Assembly (NCBI GenBank): GCA_964348935.1
Contig: CAYGEJ010000002.1
Span: forward strand, 3,540-67,539
Reading direction: 5' to 3'
DNA: 64,000 nt
Source of the DNA: an uncultured Candidatus Saccharibacteria bacterium
GTDB taxonomy: Bacteria > Patescibacteriota > Doudnabacteria > UBA920
The notes under the pieces were generated by a model. It saw nothing but the letters and a program-made list of their open reading frames with translations. It did no database searches and was not told the origin of the DNA. The position numbers were made by a program, and so were the translations under genes. Positions 9,424-18,109 of the stretch are shown piece by piece. The stretch's first letter is position 1; each line of letters starts with the position of its first letter.

Positions 9424-9528
9424 ATGTCTGACGAACCAACAACAACTCCGGTTGTACCACAAGAACCAACAACCCCAACAGATCCACAACCAACAGATAC
9501 AACTCCAACTGCTCCTGCAGCAATGTAG
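9424..9528 (+). CDS. Thr/Pro-rich micro-ORF (34 aa), not present in the supplied ORF track.
   Basis: RBS AAAGGAA 7 nt upstream of ATG. Peptide MSDEPTTTPVVPQEPTTPTDPQPTDTTPTAPAAM. A perfect palindromic terminator follows 4 nt after the stop. Confidence 0.3.
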   Translation: MSDEPTTTPVVPQEPTTPTDPQPTDTTPTAPAAM

Positions 9529-9532
9529 TTTT

Positions 9533-9566
9533 AAAAACCCTTCTAATTAATTAGAAGGGTTTTTAA
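9533..9566 (+). terminator. Rho-independent terminator
   Basis: Perfect palindrome aaaaacccttctaatt/aattagaagggttttt. Confidence 0.65.
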
Positions 9567-9569
9567 ATA

Positions 9570-9598
9570 TTGACCTCAATGCAGAAAAATGATACTAT
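9570..9598 (+). promoter_or_regulatory. Candidate sigma70-type promoter upstream of tRNA-His
   Basis: TTGACC, a 17-nt spacer, then TACTAT. Confidence 0.35.
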
Positions 9599-9787
9599 AT
9601 CTTCACCTGACATCTGACGTCATTAATAATGATGTTTGACAATCAGCAAGGAAATATGACACAGCATATGACCTTCCGCTCTTCACAAATCCTGCCCAAG
9701 GCAGACAAGCTGTGCGAGAGTTTTTCTTTTGTCCAATGTCTTATTAACAAAATTGGACTATTCGTACTTGGAATTTTTTACTCACTT

Positions 9788-9862
9788 GGTGCCCGTAGCT
9801 CAATGGTAGAGCACCGCTCTGTGGCAGCGGCTACGAGGGTCCGATTCCCTTCGGGCACCCCA
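9788..9862 (+). tRNA. tRNA-His (anticodon GTG) with encoded G-1 and CCA
   Basis: Extra 5' G pairing with discriminator C; acceptor gtgcccg/cgggcac; anticodon loop cTGTGgc; T-arm gaggg-tccgatt-ccctt. Confidence 0.8.
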
Positions 9863-9873
9863 AATAATTTTTT

Positions 9874-10086
9874 ATGAAAATTTGGGATTTTTTTCTTTAC
9901 ATAACCAATAACGAAGAGAAGTCCAGACATGAACATGTGTTTGATGTAATATTTTTTATAGTAAATACACTTGCACTCATTGTAGGGACTTGGCTATTTA
10001 TTCAATATAAAGAACCTCAATGGATTTCAGTACTAGTAATTGAATACACTTGGGCGATGGATAACATGCGCCATAATCGTCTTTAA
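9874..10086 (+). CDS. Small hypothetical membrane protein (70 aa)
   Basis: One central TM helix; lies between tRNA-His and a terminator. Confidence 0.3.
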   Translation: MKIWDFFLYITNNEEKSRHEHVFDVIFFIVNTLALIVGTWLFIQYKEPQWISVLVIEYTWAMDNMRHNRL

Positions 10087-10090
10087 TTAT

Positions 10091-10124
10091 AATAAACCCC
10101 GTTATATTTTAACGGGGTTTATTA
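10091..10124 (+). terminator. Rho-independent terminator
   Basis: aaaccccgtta-tatttt-taacggggttt followed by a T-rich tail. Confidence 0.55.
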
Positions 10125-10153
10125 TATACGTGAAAAAAATAAATTAACCTACT

Positions 10154-10558
10154 ATGGATAATATAAACGGCATAGATATTAATGAAGAAAAGTTAAAGAG
10201 TAAACTAACCCCTGAGCAATATAAAATTTTAAGGCAAAAAGGTACAGAAAAACCTTTTACTAGCCCACTACTTAATGAGCACGGCAAAGGCATGTTTAAT
10301 TGTGTGGTCTGCGGTCAACAATTATTTGTAAGTGATTCTAAATTTGACTCCGGCACTGGATGGCCAAGTTTTGATAAAGCAATTCCTGGAGCAGTTGAAT
10401 TTAAACATGACGACGAATACGGTATGGAAAGAACAGAGGTTGTATGTAGTAAATGTGGTAGCCACTTAGGCCATGTCTTTAACGATGGACCGGCCAACAC
10501 AACTGGCAAAAGATTTTGCATAAATGGTGCGTGTCTACTAATGGAAAAACATGAATAA
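10154..10558 (+). CDS. msrB: Peptide-methionine (R)-S-oxide reductase MsrB
   Basis: CxxC pair CVVCGQQLF; GWPSF; second CxxC plus catalytic region CSKCGSHLGHVFNDGP. Confidence 0.9.
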   Translation: MDNINGIDINEEKLKSKLTPEQYKILRQKGTEKPFTSPLLNEHGKGMFNCVVCGQQLFVSDSKFDSGTGWPSFDKAIPGAVEFKHDDEYGMERTEVVCSKCGSHLGHVFNDGPANTTGKRFCINGACLLMEKHE

Positions 10559-10560
10559 AT

Positions 10561-10588
10561 AAAAACCTCTACGAAAGTAGAGGTTTTT
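10561..10588. terminator. Bidirectional terminator between msrB and the convergent glycosylase gene.
   Basis: aaaaacctctac-gaaa-gtagaggttttt. Confidence 0.6.
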
Positions 10589-11186
10589 ATTTGAGCTCTA
10601 AACTCTCCCAAAGTATTCTTGATACTGTTGTACGATACGGACTCCAATTTTGATATAGTTTTTTTAACTTTTTAGGTTCTAATTTAATATCAACTTTATA
10701 CCATCTCTTTACAGCATTCCTAAGTCCCAAATCCCCTTCGCTAAATATATCTGGACGGTTTATGCAAAACATTAAAAACATTTCTGCCGTCCACCGCCCT
10801 ATCCCCTTTACTTTTACTAATTCTAAAATAATATCGTCATCATTCATTTTAGAAAATTTATTAAAGTGTATATCTCCAACACTGACTAAACTTGCCAAAC
10901 TTTTAATATAGGATATTTTTTGAAATGACAACCCAGCTTTACGAAGCTGTAAATCTTTAATTTTTAATACCTGTTCTGGTTTAGGAAATCTGGTTTTTGG
11001 AAATAATTTTTTAAATCTTTCTATAATTGTAGCGGAAGCCTTTGTTGAAAGTTGTTGGCTAATTATAGACGTGCATAAAGACTCGAAATACCTCTTGTGA
11101 GGTTTTCTATGCTTTAGTTCTATTTTAGAAATTAAATCTGCCAGAATATTATCTTGTTTTTTTAAATACTCTATTGCTTCTTCCAT
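10587..11186 (-). CDS. HhH-GPD superfamily DNA glycosylase (DNA-3-methyladenine glycosylase II / AlkA-like)
   Basis: Helix-hairpin-helix VKGIGRWTAEMFLMF followed by the conserved Asp region SEGDLGLRNA. Confidence 0.8.
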   Translation of the reverse strand: MEEAIEYLKKQDNILADLISKIELKHRKPHKRYFESLCTSIISQQLSTKASATIIERFKKLFPKTRFPKPEQVLKIKDLQLRKAGLSFQKISYIKSLASLVSVGDIHFNKFSKMNDDDIILELVKVKGIGRWTAEMFLMFCINRPDIFSEGDLGLRNAVKRWYKVDIKLEPKKLKKLYQNWSPYRTTVSRILWESLELK

Positions 11187-11755
11187 TTTGATATTAATTT
11201 GCTCTGCTCTTTTTCAGATAATAAATAATTCTCTAAATCTTTAGCTCTTTGTCTAAAAACTTCATACATTAAAATCGCAGCAGTTACCGACAAATTTAAA
11301 CTTTGTACAAACCCCTGCATTGGGATATAAATATGCGAATCTGAATTCTCAATTGCATATTGACTTAAGCCACTATGTTCATTACCAAACACCAAAGCTG
11401 TTTTAGGATTGTTAAATTTAGTTTTAAATATTGACGTGGCTTTATCATCTAAGACAGTCCCAACAATACTATACCCTTCCTTTTTAAGTTTGATAAAACA
11501 ATCCTTAGTAGAATTAAAGACTTCAAAATCTAACCACTTGTTTGCGGAACTGGAAGTCGACTTACCCACTCTTTTTGGATTATACTTTTCCTGCTTGTCA
11601 AAAATGAAGCAAACTCTTTGAATACCAAAAGAATCACAAGTTCTAAGAACTGCCGCTGCATTATGGGGGTCGTGTAAATCCTCTAGAACCACCACACCCT
11701 GCTGCCTTTGCCCGGCAACCTCTTTTATTCTTTTTAGTCTTTGTTCAGATATCAT
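11171..11755 (-). CDS. SpoU/TrmH-family RNA 2'-O-methyltransferase
   Basis: SPOUT motifs VVLEDLHDPHNAAAVLRTCDSFG, LVFGNEHSGLS and IPMQGFVQSLNLSVTAAILMYE. Confidence 0.85.
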   Translation of the reverse strand: MISEQRLKRIKEVAGQRQQGVVVLEDLHDPHNAAAVLRTCDSFGIQRVCFIFDKQEKYNPKRVGKSTSSSANKWLDFEVFNSTKDCFIKLKKEGYSIVGTVLDDKATSIFKTKFNNPKTALVFGNEHSGLSQYAIENSDSHIYIPMQGFVQSLNLSVTAAILMYEVFRQRAKDLENYLLSEKEQSKLISKWKKQ

Positions 11756-11758
11756 AAA

Positions 11759-12352
11759 TTATCTTTTCTTTAATATTACCTTCCAAAGCATAACTGAAAG
11801 CACCATACCTCCAACTGATAATATCCAAAATTTATTAGAAAGTTGACTAAAATATTCCCAATTATTCCCAAAAATAAAACCTATAAACGCAAAAAATACC
11901 ACCTCGGAAACTTCACCCAAAGATTCAAATAAAAAATATTTTCTGAATGACAATCTAGTAAGACCTGCCACCACATTAACAGCTGGAGCAATCGCAGTAA
12001 AAAATCGACTAAAATATATAGAAAGAATTGGATAATCCTCTAAAAGCTTGCGCGCATATGTTAACCTTTCTTGCTTAAAAAATTTTCCCAACCTTAATTT
12101 ATGAACCACGGATATACCGTACCAGCGAGTTAACCAGTAACCGGTATTATCCCCTGCTATATTACCAGCAATCCCAACCAAAACTACAAGATAAAAATTC
12201 ATATACCCTTGGACAGCAAAAGCCGCAGCTGCAGAAATAACACTACCGGAAGGTAGAGGCAATGCAAAAGCTCCTAAAAAAGTTATCACAAAAATTCCTA
12301 AGTACTTATATATTTGGACATAGGAAAGCAAGACTGAAAGCAAATCATTCAT
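11759..12352 (-). CDS. DedA/SNARE-associated family membrane protein
   Basis: GxxxP...GS..S(A) DedA-type N-terminal region FLGAFALPLPSGSVISAAAAFA, multi-TM, about 197 aa. Confidence 0.65.
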   Translation of the reverse strand: MNDLLSVLLSYVQIYKYLGIFVITFLGAFALPLPSGSVISAAAAFAVQGYMNFYLVVLVGIAGNIAGDNTGYWLTRWYGISVVHKLRLGKFFKQERLTYARKLLEDYPILSIYFSRFFTAIAPAVNVVAGLTRLSFRKYFLFESLGEVSEVVFFAFIGFIFGNNWEYFSQLSNKFWILSVGGMVLSVMLWKVILKKR

Positions 12353-12756
12353 GGGTTTTGCGCTCCTCCTGCCTGATTAATAAAATAATTTTTTACGGAT
12401 TCTTGCGTTTTGGTCAATACGGTAATTACTGTCCGTCTTTGTTTTTGTGCCAAAACATTTATCGAAATATTAGGATATCTAGAATCAATAATATTTAACT
12501 GCTCCTGCAAATATGCTGGCGGTAAATTATAAACAACATTAATATACCTGAATGTCATCCAGCTATGTATATCACTAACCTGAAGCCTTTGAACATCTAG
12601 ATGTAGTTTTCTATAACTCATTCGACCTTCTTGTTTTAGCATGGCCAGACTCTGAACAATTTGCCAAAGTGTATAAAGCAAAAAAAGACTCAGGACTCCC
12701 AAAACTGCGAGTTGAATATATTTTTTAAAACTATATTTTTTAAACCAATAATTCAT
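12349..12756 (-). CDS. Hypothetical membrane-anchored protein; ATGA-overlapped with the downstream DedA gene.
   Basis: N-terminal TM helix; no motif recognised. Confidence 0.35.
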   Translation of the reverse strand: MNYWFKKYSFKKYIQLAVLGVLSLFLLYTLWQIVQSLAMLKQEGRMSYRKLHLDVQRLQVSDIHSWMTFRYINVVYNLPPAYLQEQLNIIDSRYPNISINVLAQKQRRTVITVLTKTQESVKNYFINQAGGAQNP

Positions 12757-12762
12757 AATTAA

Positions 12763-13296
12763 CTATTTTAACAAAGTAGCAAACTTCTTTTTAAACTTGT
12801 CTAATTTTGGATTAATTACTATTTGACAATAAGCTTTATCCTTATTTCGTTCAAAATAATTTTGATGATATTTTTCCGCTTCATAAAATTTTTTAAAAGA
12901 TTCAATTTGAGTAACTATCGCTAAACCGAAATCTTTTTGATGTTCATGAATATAATGTTCTGATTGTAACTTTTGCTCGGGGGTTGTATAAAAAATAACC
13001 GACCTGTATTGTTCCCCGACATCACTTCCTTGTCTATTTTTAGTTGTAGGATCGTGAGTAGCAAAGAAAACCTCCAGTAATACTTCTAAAGGAACAATAT
13101 TTTTATCGAATTCTACTCTAGTTACTTCTGCATGTCCAGTTCCACCACTACAAACTTGTTCATAAGTAGGATTTTCTACACCCCCGCCAGAATATCCAGG
13201 TAAGACGGAAACTACCCCTTTTATATTTTGAAATATGGCTTCATTACACCAAAAACACCCCCCACCAAAAATTATAACTTCTAAATCATTCTTCAT
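12763..13296 (-). CDS. msrA: Peptide-methionine (S)-S-oxide reductase MsrA
   Basis: Active-site GGCFWC motif with GYSGG and HDPTT regions. Confidence 0.9.
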   Translation of the reverse strand: MKNDLEVIIFGGGCFWCNEAIFQNIKGVVSVLPGYSGGGVENPTYEQVCSGGTGHAEVTRVEFDKNIVPLEVLLEVFFATHDPTTKNRQGSDVGEQYRSVIFYTTPEQKLQSEHYIHEHQKDFGLAIVTQIESFKKFYEAEKYHQNYFERNKDKAYCQIVINPKLDKFKKKFATLLK

Positions 13297-13299
13297 ATA

Positions 13300-13725
13300 C
13301 TATTCTCCTTTCCATCTATATGTTTCCATATTAATGGTAAAATTTGCATTTACACTAATCCCATCCTGTATTAAAAATTCCTTCTGATATTCTTTCGTTG
13401 CCATCCAATTCCCCTTAATGCTAATTATACCTTTATTATTTAACACCCGCCACCATGGTATAGACTCAATTATTATGTCCTGCAATACTCTCCCTTTCTG
13501 ATGACCTAAGAGAAGCTCAATATCCCTATCCTTTCGAGTTATTTTTTGATTGGCATTGTTCTTAGCGAAATTTATAGGCTCCAAATTTACATTTCGTAAA
13601 ATCATACCGACCTGCCTAGCAGCTCTTGGCGACCCTGCAAACGCAGCCACCTGACCATAACTAACAACTTTCCCTTTTGGAATTCTTTTTATAAACTCTA
13701 TAACTTTAGTTTTAAAATCCTTCAT
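13300..13725 (-). CDS. Alkyltransferase-like protein (ATL; the MGMT DNA-binding domain without the acceptor Cys)
   Basis: GKVVSYGQVAAFAGSPRAARQVG helix-turn-helix region and PWWRV in place of PCHRV, as in YbaZ/Atl1. Confidence 0.65.
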   Translation of the reverse strand: MKDFKTKVIEFIKRIPKGKVVSYGQVAAFAGSPRAARQVGMILRNVNLEPINFAKNNANQKITRKDRDIELLLGHQKGRVLQDIIIESIPWWRVLNNKGIISIKGNWMATKEYQKEFLIQDGISVNANFTINMETYRWKGE

Positions 13726-14291
13726 TAACTTAATACAGTCTCAGATTGCCTTAATTGCTGTCTCAATACTTTATAATTTGGAATTTCTCTTCCAACTAAC
13801 ATCCAAAAGTTATTTGAATGATTAAACTCCTTTAAATGGCATAACTCGTGGACTATCAAATAATCCAAAACCCTTTCTGTCAAATGTACAATCTTAAAAT
13901 TAAAATTTAAATTTCCTTTCCGACTACAGCTTCCCCAACGGGTTTTTTGATTTTTTATAGCAATTTTATTAAATTTAAAATTATAAATTTGGTTCCAGTA
14001 CTGAACTTTTTGCTGTGCTAGTACCAATGCCTGACTCTTAAATTTTAAGTATTCTTGCCTATTAGATTTTATATGCAACCTCCTCTTAAAAGGACGTGCC
14101 TTCTTCAAGCTTTTTAAAATCCAATGCAATTTTTGTTTAATAAAACTCTCCCCCAACCCCCGATTAAAAGCCCACGGCAAAGTCAGCACAACACTAGAAT
14201 CACTATAAACCGCTATTCGCATGCGCTTGGCTTTTTTACTCAGCTTAACCTGGTATGAAATTTTTGCATCGTCCAAACCTTGTAAATTCAT
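13725..14291 (-). CDS. YgjP/DUF45 (WLM-like) zinc metallohydrolase
   Basis: WGSCS motif and HEXXH-type IVHELCHLKEFNHSNNFW. Confidence 0.8.
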   Translation of the reverse strand: MNLQGLDDAKISYQVKLSKKAKRMRIAVYSDSSVVLTLPWAFNRGLGESFIKQKLHWILKSLKKARPFKRRLHIKSNRQEYLKFKSQALVLAQQKVQYWNQIYNFKFNKIAIKNQKTRWGSCSRKGNLNFNFKIVHLTERVLDYLIVHELCHLKEFNHSNNFWMLVGREIPNYKVLRQQLRQSETVLS

Positions 14292-14305
14292 AATATAACT
14301 ATATC

Positions 14306-14338
14306 AAAAAAACTCCTCGCCGAGGAGAGGAGTTTTTA
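14306..14338 (-). terminator. Terminator downstream of gene 14345..14758
   Basis: Palindrome ctcctcgccgaggag flanked by A/T runs (aaaaaactcctcg...gaggagttttt). Confidence 0.45.
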
Positions 14339-14344
14339 ATTTGT

Positions 14345-14758
14345 CTAATTAGACTTATGCTTTTTTAATTGCTTCCACAACACACCAATTAGGAGGAGCA
14401 GTACAGTCCAGACCATCATGACAGTTAAAATAAACATTAATTCATACCACTGCGAGGTATGTGTATAACTGCTTAAACCCATTCGCCCTGATGACATCAT
14501 AAATTTGCATGGCATTTGACTATTTAAAGCCAAGTCATTACCCGCTAGTTGATTCGCTCCACATGGTACAGAATAATAATTAAAATTTCCCGATTCCCCT
14601 TGTATTTGACTATCAACCGCCCTTATGGCAACCAATCCTTGTTGAGCAGTCGCTTCGTCCGCAATATTTAAAGTTGCATGAATTGGAGTAGCTACAAATA
14701 ATCCACCAAAAACTAATAAAGCAAAATAAACTATATTTTTAACACGAAATGTAAACAT
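14345..14758 (-). CDS. Hypothetical secreted protein with a C-terminal TM anchor
   Basis: Signal-peptide-like N-terminus FALLVFGGLFVATPIHA and C-terminal helix LMFILTVMMVWTVLLLLIGVLW. Confidence 0.35.
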   Translation of the reverse strand: MFTFRVKNIVYFALLVFGGLFVATPIHATLNIADEATAQQGLVAIRAVDSQIQGESGNFNYYSVPCGANQLAGNDLALNSQMPCKFMMSSGRMGLSSYTHTSQWYELMFILTVMMVWTVLLLLIGVLWKQLKKHKSN

Positions 14759-14812
14759 AAATTGATTATTTTAATTTTTATCTTTCCTCTATTATATCAC
14801 ATTTATTCCACT

Positions 14813-14841
14813 TTGATGTTAATATAATATAATGCTAAAAT
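14813..14841 (+). promoter_or_regulatory. Candidate promoter. The -10 element ends 6 nt before the ATG, so the transcript may be leaderless.
   Basis: TTGATG, a 17-nt spacer, then TAAAAT. No SD sequence precedes the ATG at 14848. Confidence 0.3.
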
Positions 14842-14847
14842 GCTTCT

Positions 14848-15621
14848 ATGAATTCACCAATTATTTGTTTCGGACAACAACCTTGTGGAATTTTTCCAAA
14901 AAGATTCCTAGTCGCCAAAATTAATACAGCCAGAAATTTGCAACAGCAAATTGGTGGGAAAATAGTGTTTTTTTATCATGACTCAGACGCAGATTATAGA
15001 GAGACTATTACTATTCTCAATGATATCCAAACCGGAGTTGAGGCTAGACTTAACTTTACCCAAGAAAATAAAATTCAAAAAAAATACTCCCCTCTATATT
15101 TAAAACGCATTCCGGAAGGGTGGAAGGCAGAAACACTCAAACAGCTCCCACGATTCGTAAATACAAGGCTGATAAATATCTTTGAGTCTGTTAATACTAC
15201 AACCGCCGCCGACTTTTGCCTTGAAATATATCAAAAAATGGGATTACTTAACGGTATTGAAGTTATTAGATCATCTGATAAAACCTTTCGAGAACAGGCT
15301 CCAGAATTACAAGAGTATTTTGCCGATATAAGTTTCCAAGGGGAAATTGTTCGGGCTCAATTCAGCAATGGTAAATTTCAAGTCCATGAAGGTGGAGGAA
15401 AATATTTAGAAATCCCTACCCCCACTCAATTAGAAAAGTTTCAAAAAAATCCTGGAAAAGATGAACGGTTTGGCTGGATGAACTCTGTCATTCTCAGTAC
15501 CCATTATATTTTTGGTGAAGGAGAAAAAGCTTATTTAAAGACAGAAGATTTTCCAGAAGTTAATTTTATCCTTCGAGAATCCATACCCAATCCCAACCAT
15601 GCTTGGATTGATTTGAATTAA
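14848..15621 (+). CDS. Hypothetical protein
   Basis: 257-aa soluble ORF; no family recognised. Confidence 0.4.
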   Translation: MNSPIICFGQQPCGIFPKRFLVAKINTARNLQQQIGGKIVFFYHDSDADYRETITILNDIQTGVEARLNFTQENKIQKKYSPLYLKRIPEGWKAETLKQLPRFVNTRLINIFESVNTTTAADFCLEIYQKMGLLNGIEVIRSSDKTFREQAPELQEYFADISFQGEIVRAQFSNGKFQVHEGGGKYLEIPTPTQLEKFQKNPGKDERFGWMNSVILSTHYIFGEGEKAYLKTEDFPEVNFILRESIPNPNHAWIDLN

Positions 15622-15788
15622 TTTATAACTACAATTCTATATTGTCATTATAGACTTCGTTCTTTCCTACCTTAACCTCATAACTCTTTATGAGGTTAAT
15701 TTCTTTTCCTTGAATTTTATTTACCGACAACATATACTCCCCTGGTTTGGCTTTAAGGAAGAATTTACCATCATGAGCTGTAATGGAT

Positions 15789-17045
15789 CTAGCCAGTACA
15801 ACGGGCGGAATTAGCTTTGGTGGTTAAGGTAATAGGATCATTAAGACTGCCGGGCAGACTTAAGTCTAAGTTCTCATTGGTAAAGTCTACATGCAAAAAG
15901 TTCTCCGGATCGAGGAAGGTGGTATTGTACAAACTTAAGTCTTCTTCCTGTTCATAACCTCGACTCTCTAGAACCAGACTCCTTACCACCAGGAGGTCAT
16001 TCATAGCTTCGTAGTTTTCGGTATTGGATAAAGAGTAAACCAGTCTCAGTTTAAAGCTGTTTAAATTATTTAGAATAGCAACTGGCAGGTTGTATTCCAG
16101 AATATGTTCTACAGATGTGGTAGCGTTAGGATTACTGGATATAGTTTCTAAACTTTTCCATACGGTAGAAGTAGAAGAATACTCTACCGAGAAAGTTCCG
16201 TCTGTAATCGGAAGTGAAGAAAGATTTAATTTCAAAATTAAGTTTTCTACCGAAGGCCAGTTCAAATGAGATTCAGTATTGTAACTAAAGTTAGAGTACT
16301 CCAGAATTGGAGCTGATATACGGTTGGTGGATTTTTGAATTTCTAAATTAGATGGCTGAGTTCCGGAAGAGGAACTTTCTAAGACTGGAGGAGGAACTTG
16401 AGCAGTTAGGTCTTCCAAGGCTTTGGCAATTTCCGGATTTAATTCTACGGACGGCGTTGAGGTGGAAGCAGATTCCACTTGAGGAGTGGAAGATGCAGAT
16501 GAATCATCCGATGCGGGAAAGGTGGTAATGACATCTACCTCAGGTTGAACCAACTCCGGAGTAGTTTCGGGGAGACTAATTGCTTCAACGGTTGGGGCGG
16601 GTTCTGGTGTCGAAGAATCTTGACTTAGAATTTCAGTCAATTCCACTTCGCCGGCCAAGGCAGACATTTCCTGTTCTGGCGCTTCCAAGATTTTAGGTTC
16701 GGTGGAAGTTGTGATAATAGTTTCTACCACTGCCGGCTCAGGGACAGATTCCAAAATTACCGATGGTGAAGTACTTGGCGTTTGGACAATTGCATTTAAC
16801 AAATTCAAAGCAGTGGGATGTTCAGACGTTCCGGTTAAAATGGAATCTGAATTTAACCATTCAAAACTTTCATAAGTTTCGTCTGTACTAACTACGGAAA
16901 CATGTTTGGGAGCTAGGGATTCAATCACTGCAACTGATTCAGGTGTAAGAGGTCTAAATGCAAAAGCAAACCCAGGGTGCATGAGCACTGACTGAGTCAG
17001 CAAGAAGGCTAATATTTTTTTGTAGAATTTGTTTTGCTTTCTCAC
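15789..17045 (-). CDS. Secreted Ser/Thr/Pro/Glu-rich surface protein (probably C-terminally truncated by a frameshift)
   Basis: Signal peptide, then about 250 aa of low-complexity S/T/P/E-rich linker, then a structured C-terminal part. Confidence 0.5.
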   Translation of the reverse strand: MRKQNKFYKKILAFLLTQSVLMHPGFAFAFRPLTPESVAVIESLAPKHVSVVSTDETYESFEWLNSDSILTGTSEHPTALNLLNAIVQTPSTSPSVILESVPEPAVVETIITTSTEPKILEAPEQEMSALAGEVELTEILSQDSSTPEPAPTVEAISLPETTPELVQPEVDVITTFPASDDSSASSTPQVESASTSTPSVELNPEIAKALEDLTAQVPPPVLESSSSGTQPSNLEIQKSTNRISAPILEYSNFSYNTESHLNWPSVENLILKLNLSSLPITDGTFSVEYSSTSTVWKSLETISSNPNATTSVEHILEYNLPVAILNNLNSFKLRLVYSLSNTENYEAMNDLLVVRSLVLESRGYEQEEDLSLYNTTFLDPENFLHVDFTNENLDLSLPGSLNDPITLTTKANSARCTG

Positions 17046-17349
17046 AATCCCAAAGCTTGATTTAACTTAAAATTAAGCGATTTAAACTACATATTAATTT
17101 TAACATTTTAAAGATAAGCAGTATATAAATTAAACTTAAAAATGCTAAAAAGAACAATCAATAATATTGAAAATAGTACTTAATCAAAATATAATAATCT
17201 TATTATATTATAATATTATATACTTTAATTATATATTTTCGAATGAAATTAAAAGTACAAAACTACGAGTTAATATCTGTGAAACTGTTCATCAAAATAT
17301 ATATAATTTTCAGCGAAATTAATCCCCATATAAATCATAAATTTTGACT

Positions 17350-17378
17350 TGGACAATAAGATATAAATACCGTAAAAT
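17350..17378 (+). promoter_or_regulatory. Candidate promoter for the bshB-like/bshA-like operon
   Basis: TGGACA, a 17-nt spacer, then TAAAAT, inside a 360-bp intergenic region that is more than 80% AT. Confidence 0.3.
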
Positions 17379-17405
17379 GGTTAAGCAGATAATTAACTTT
17401 CTCAA

Positions 17406-18101
17406 ATGAAAATTTTATGTATCGGTGCGCACCCAGACGATGTAGAGTTTGGAGTTGGTGGTTTAATAATCAAGGAAGCTTTTAATGGCTCTAAAATAAA
17501 AATTATTATAGGCTCTCTTGGAGAAGCAGGAAGCAACGGTACTCCTGAAGGTCGAAAAATAGAAGCAATTAATGCCGCAAAAATTTCAGGCGTTTCTGAT
17601 ATTGATTTTTTAGATTTAGGTGGAGATTGTCATATTGAATACAATTCAAAAAATACAATCTTGATTGCAAAAATTATTCGTGAATTTAAACCCGATATTG
17701 TTCTTGCACCAGAAATGCAAATTAACCAACACCCAGACCATTACATAATTTCTAGACTCGCCCACTCTGCATGCAGACTCGCCCGCTACGGTGGACTCAC
17801 AGAACTTACAAATTTACCAACACACAATGTTTCTTCACTGTACTTTTACCCCTCTCGTGCCGAGTGGGGTGAGAAGCCTCAAATTATAATTGATGTTACA
17901 GAACATTACGAAACTTGGATCAAGGCAATGGAAGCCCATACCAGTCAAATGGGTACAAGAAATTATGTAAATTTAGTATCGACTAAATCCGCGGCTTGGG
18001 GAGCAAGTATTGGCGTAGGCCATGCCATGGGTCTTTGGACAAACGATCCTATAAGAGTAAATAATCTTTCGGATTTAAATCTATCTTCCAGAAATTATTA
18101 A
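17406..18101 (+). CDS. PIG-L/LmbE-family N-acetylglucosaminyl deacetylase (BshB-like)
   Basis: N-terminal ILCIGAHPDDVEFGVGG zinc-binding motif and a downstream HPDH motif. Confidence 0.8.
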   Translation: MKILCIGAHPDDVEFGVGGLIIKEAFNGSKIKIIIGSLGEAGSNGTPEGRKIEAINAAKISGVSDIDFLDLGGDCHIEYNSKNTILIAKIIREFKPDIVLAPEMQINQHPDHYIISRLAHSACRLARYGGLTELTNLPTHNVSSLYFYPSRAEWGEKPQIIIDVTEHYETWIKAMEAHTSQMGTRNYVNLVSTKSAAWGASIGVGHAMGLWTNDPIRVNNLSDLNLSSRNY

Positions 18102-18109
18102 TCCAAACT

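Noticed and set aside
9629-9877. 82-aa plus-strand ORF
   Set aside because: It reads straight through tRNA-His (9788..9862), so it is not a protein gene.
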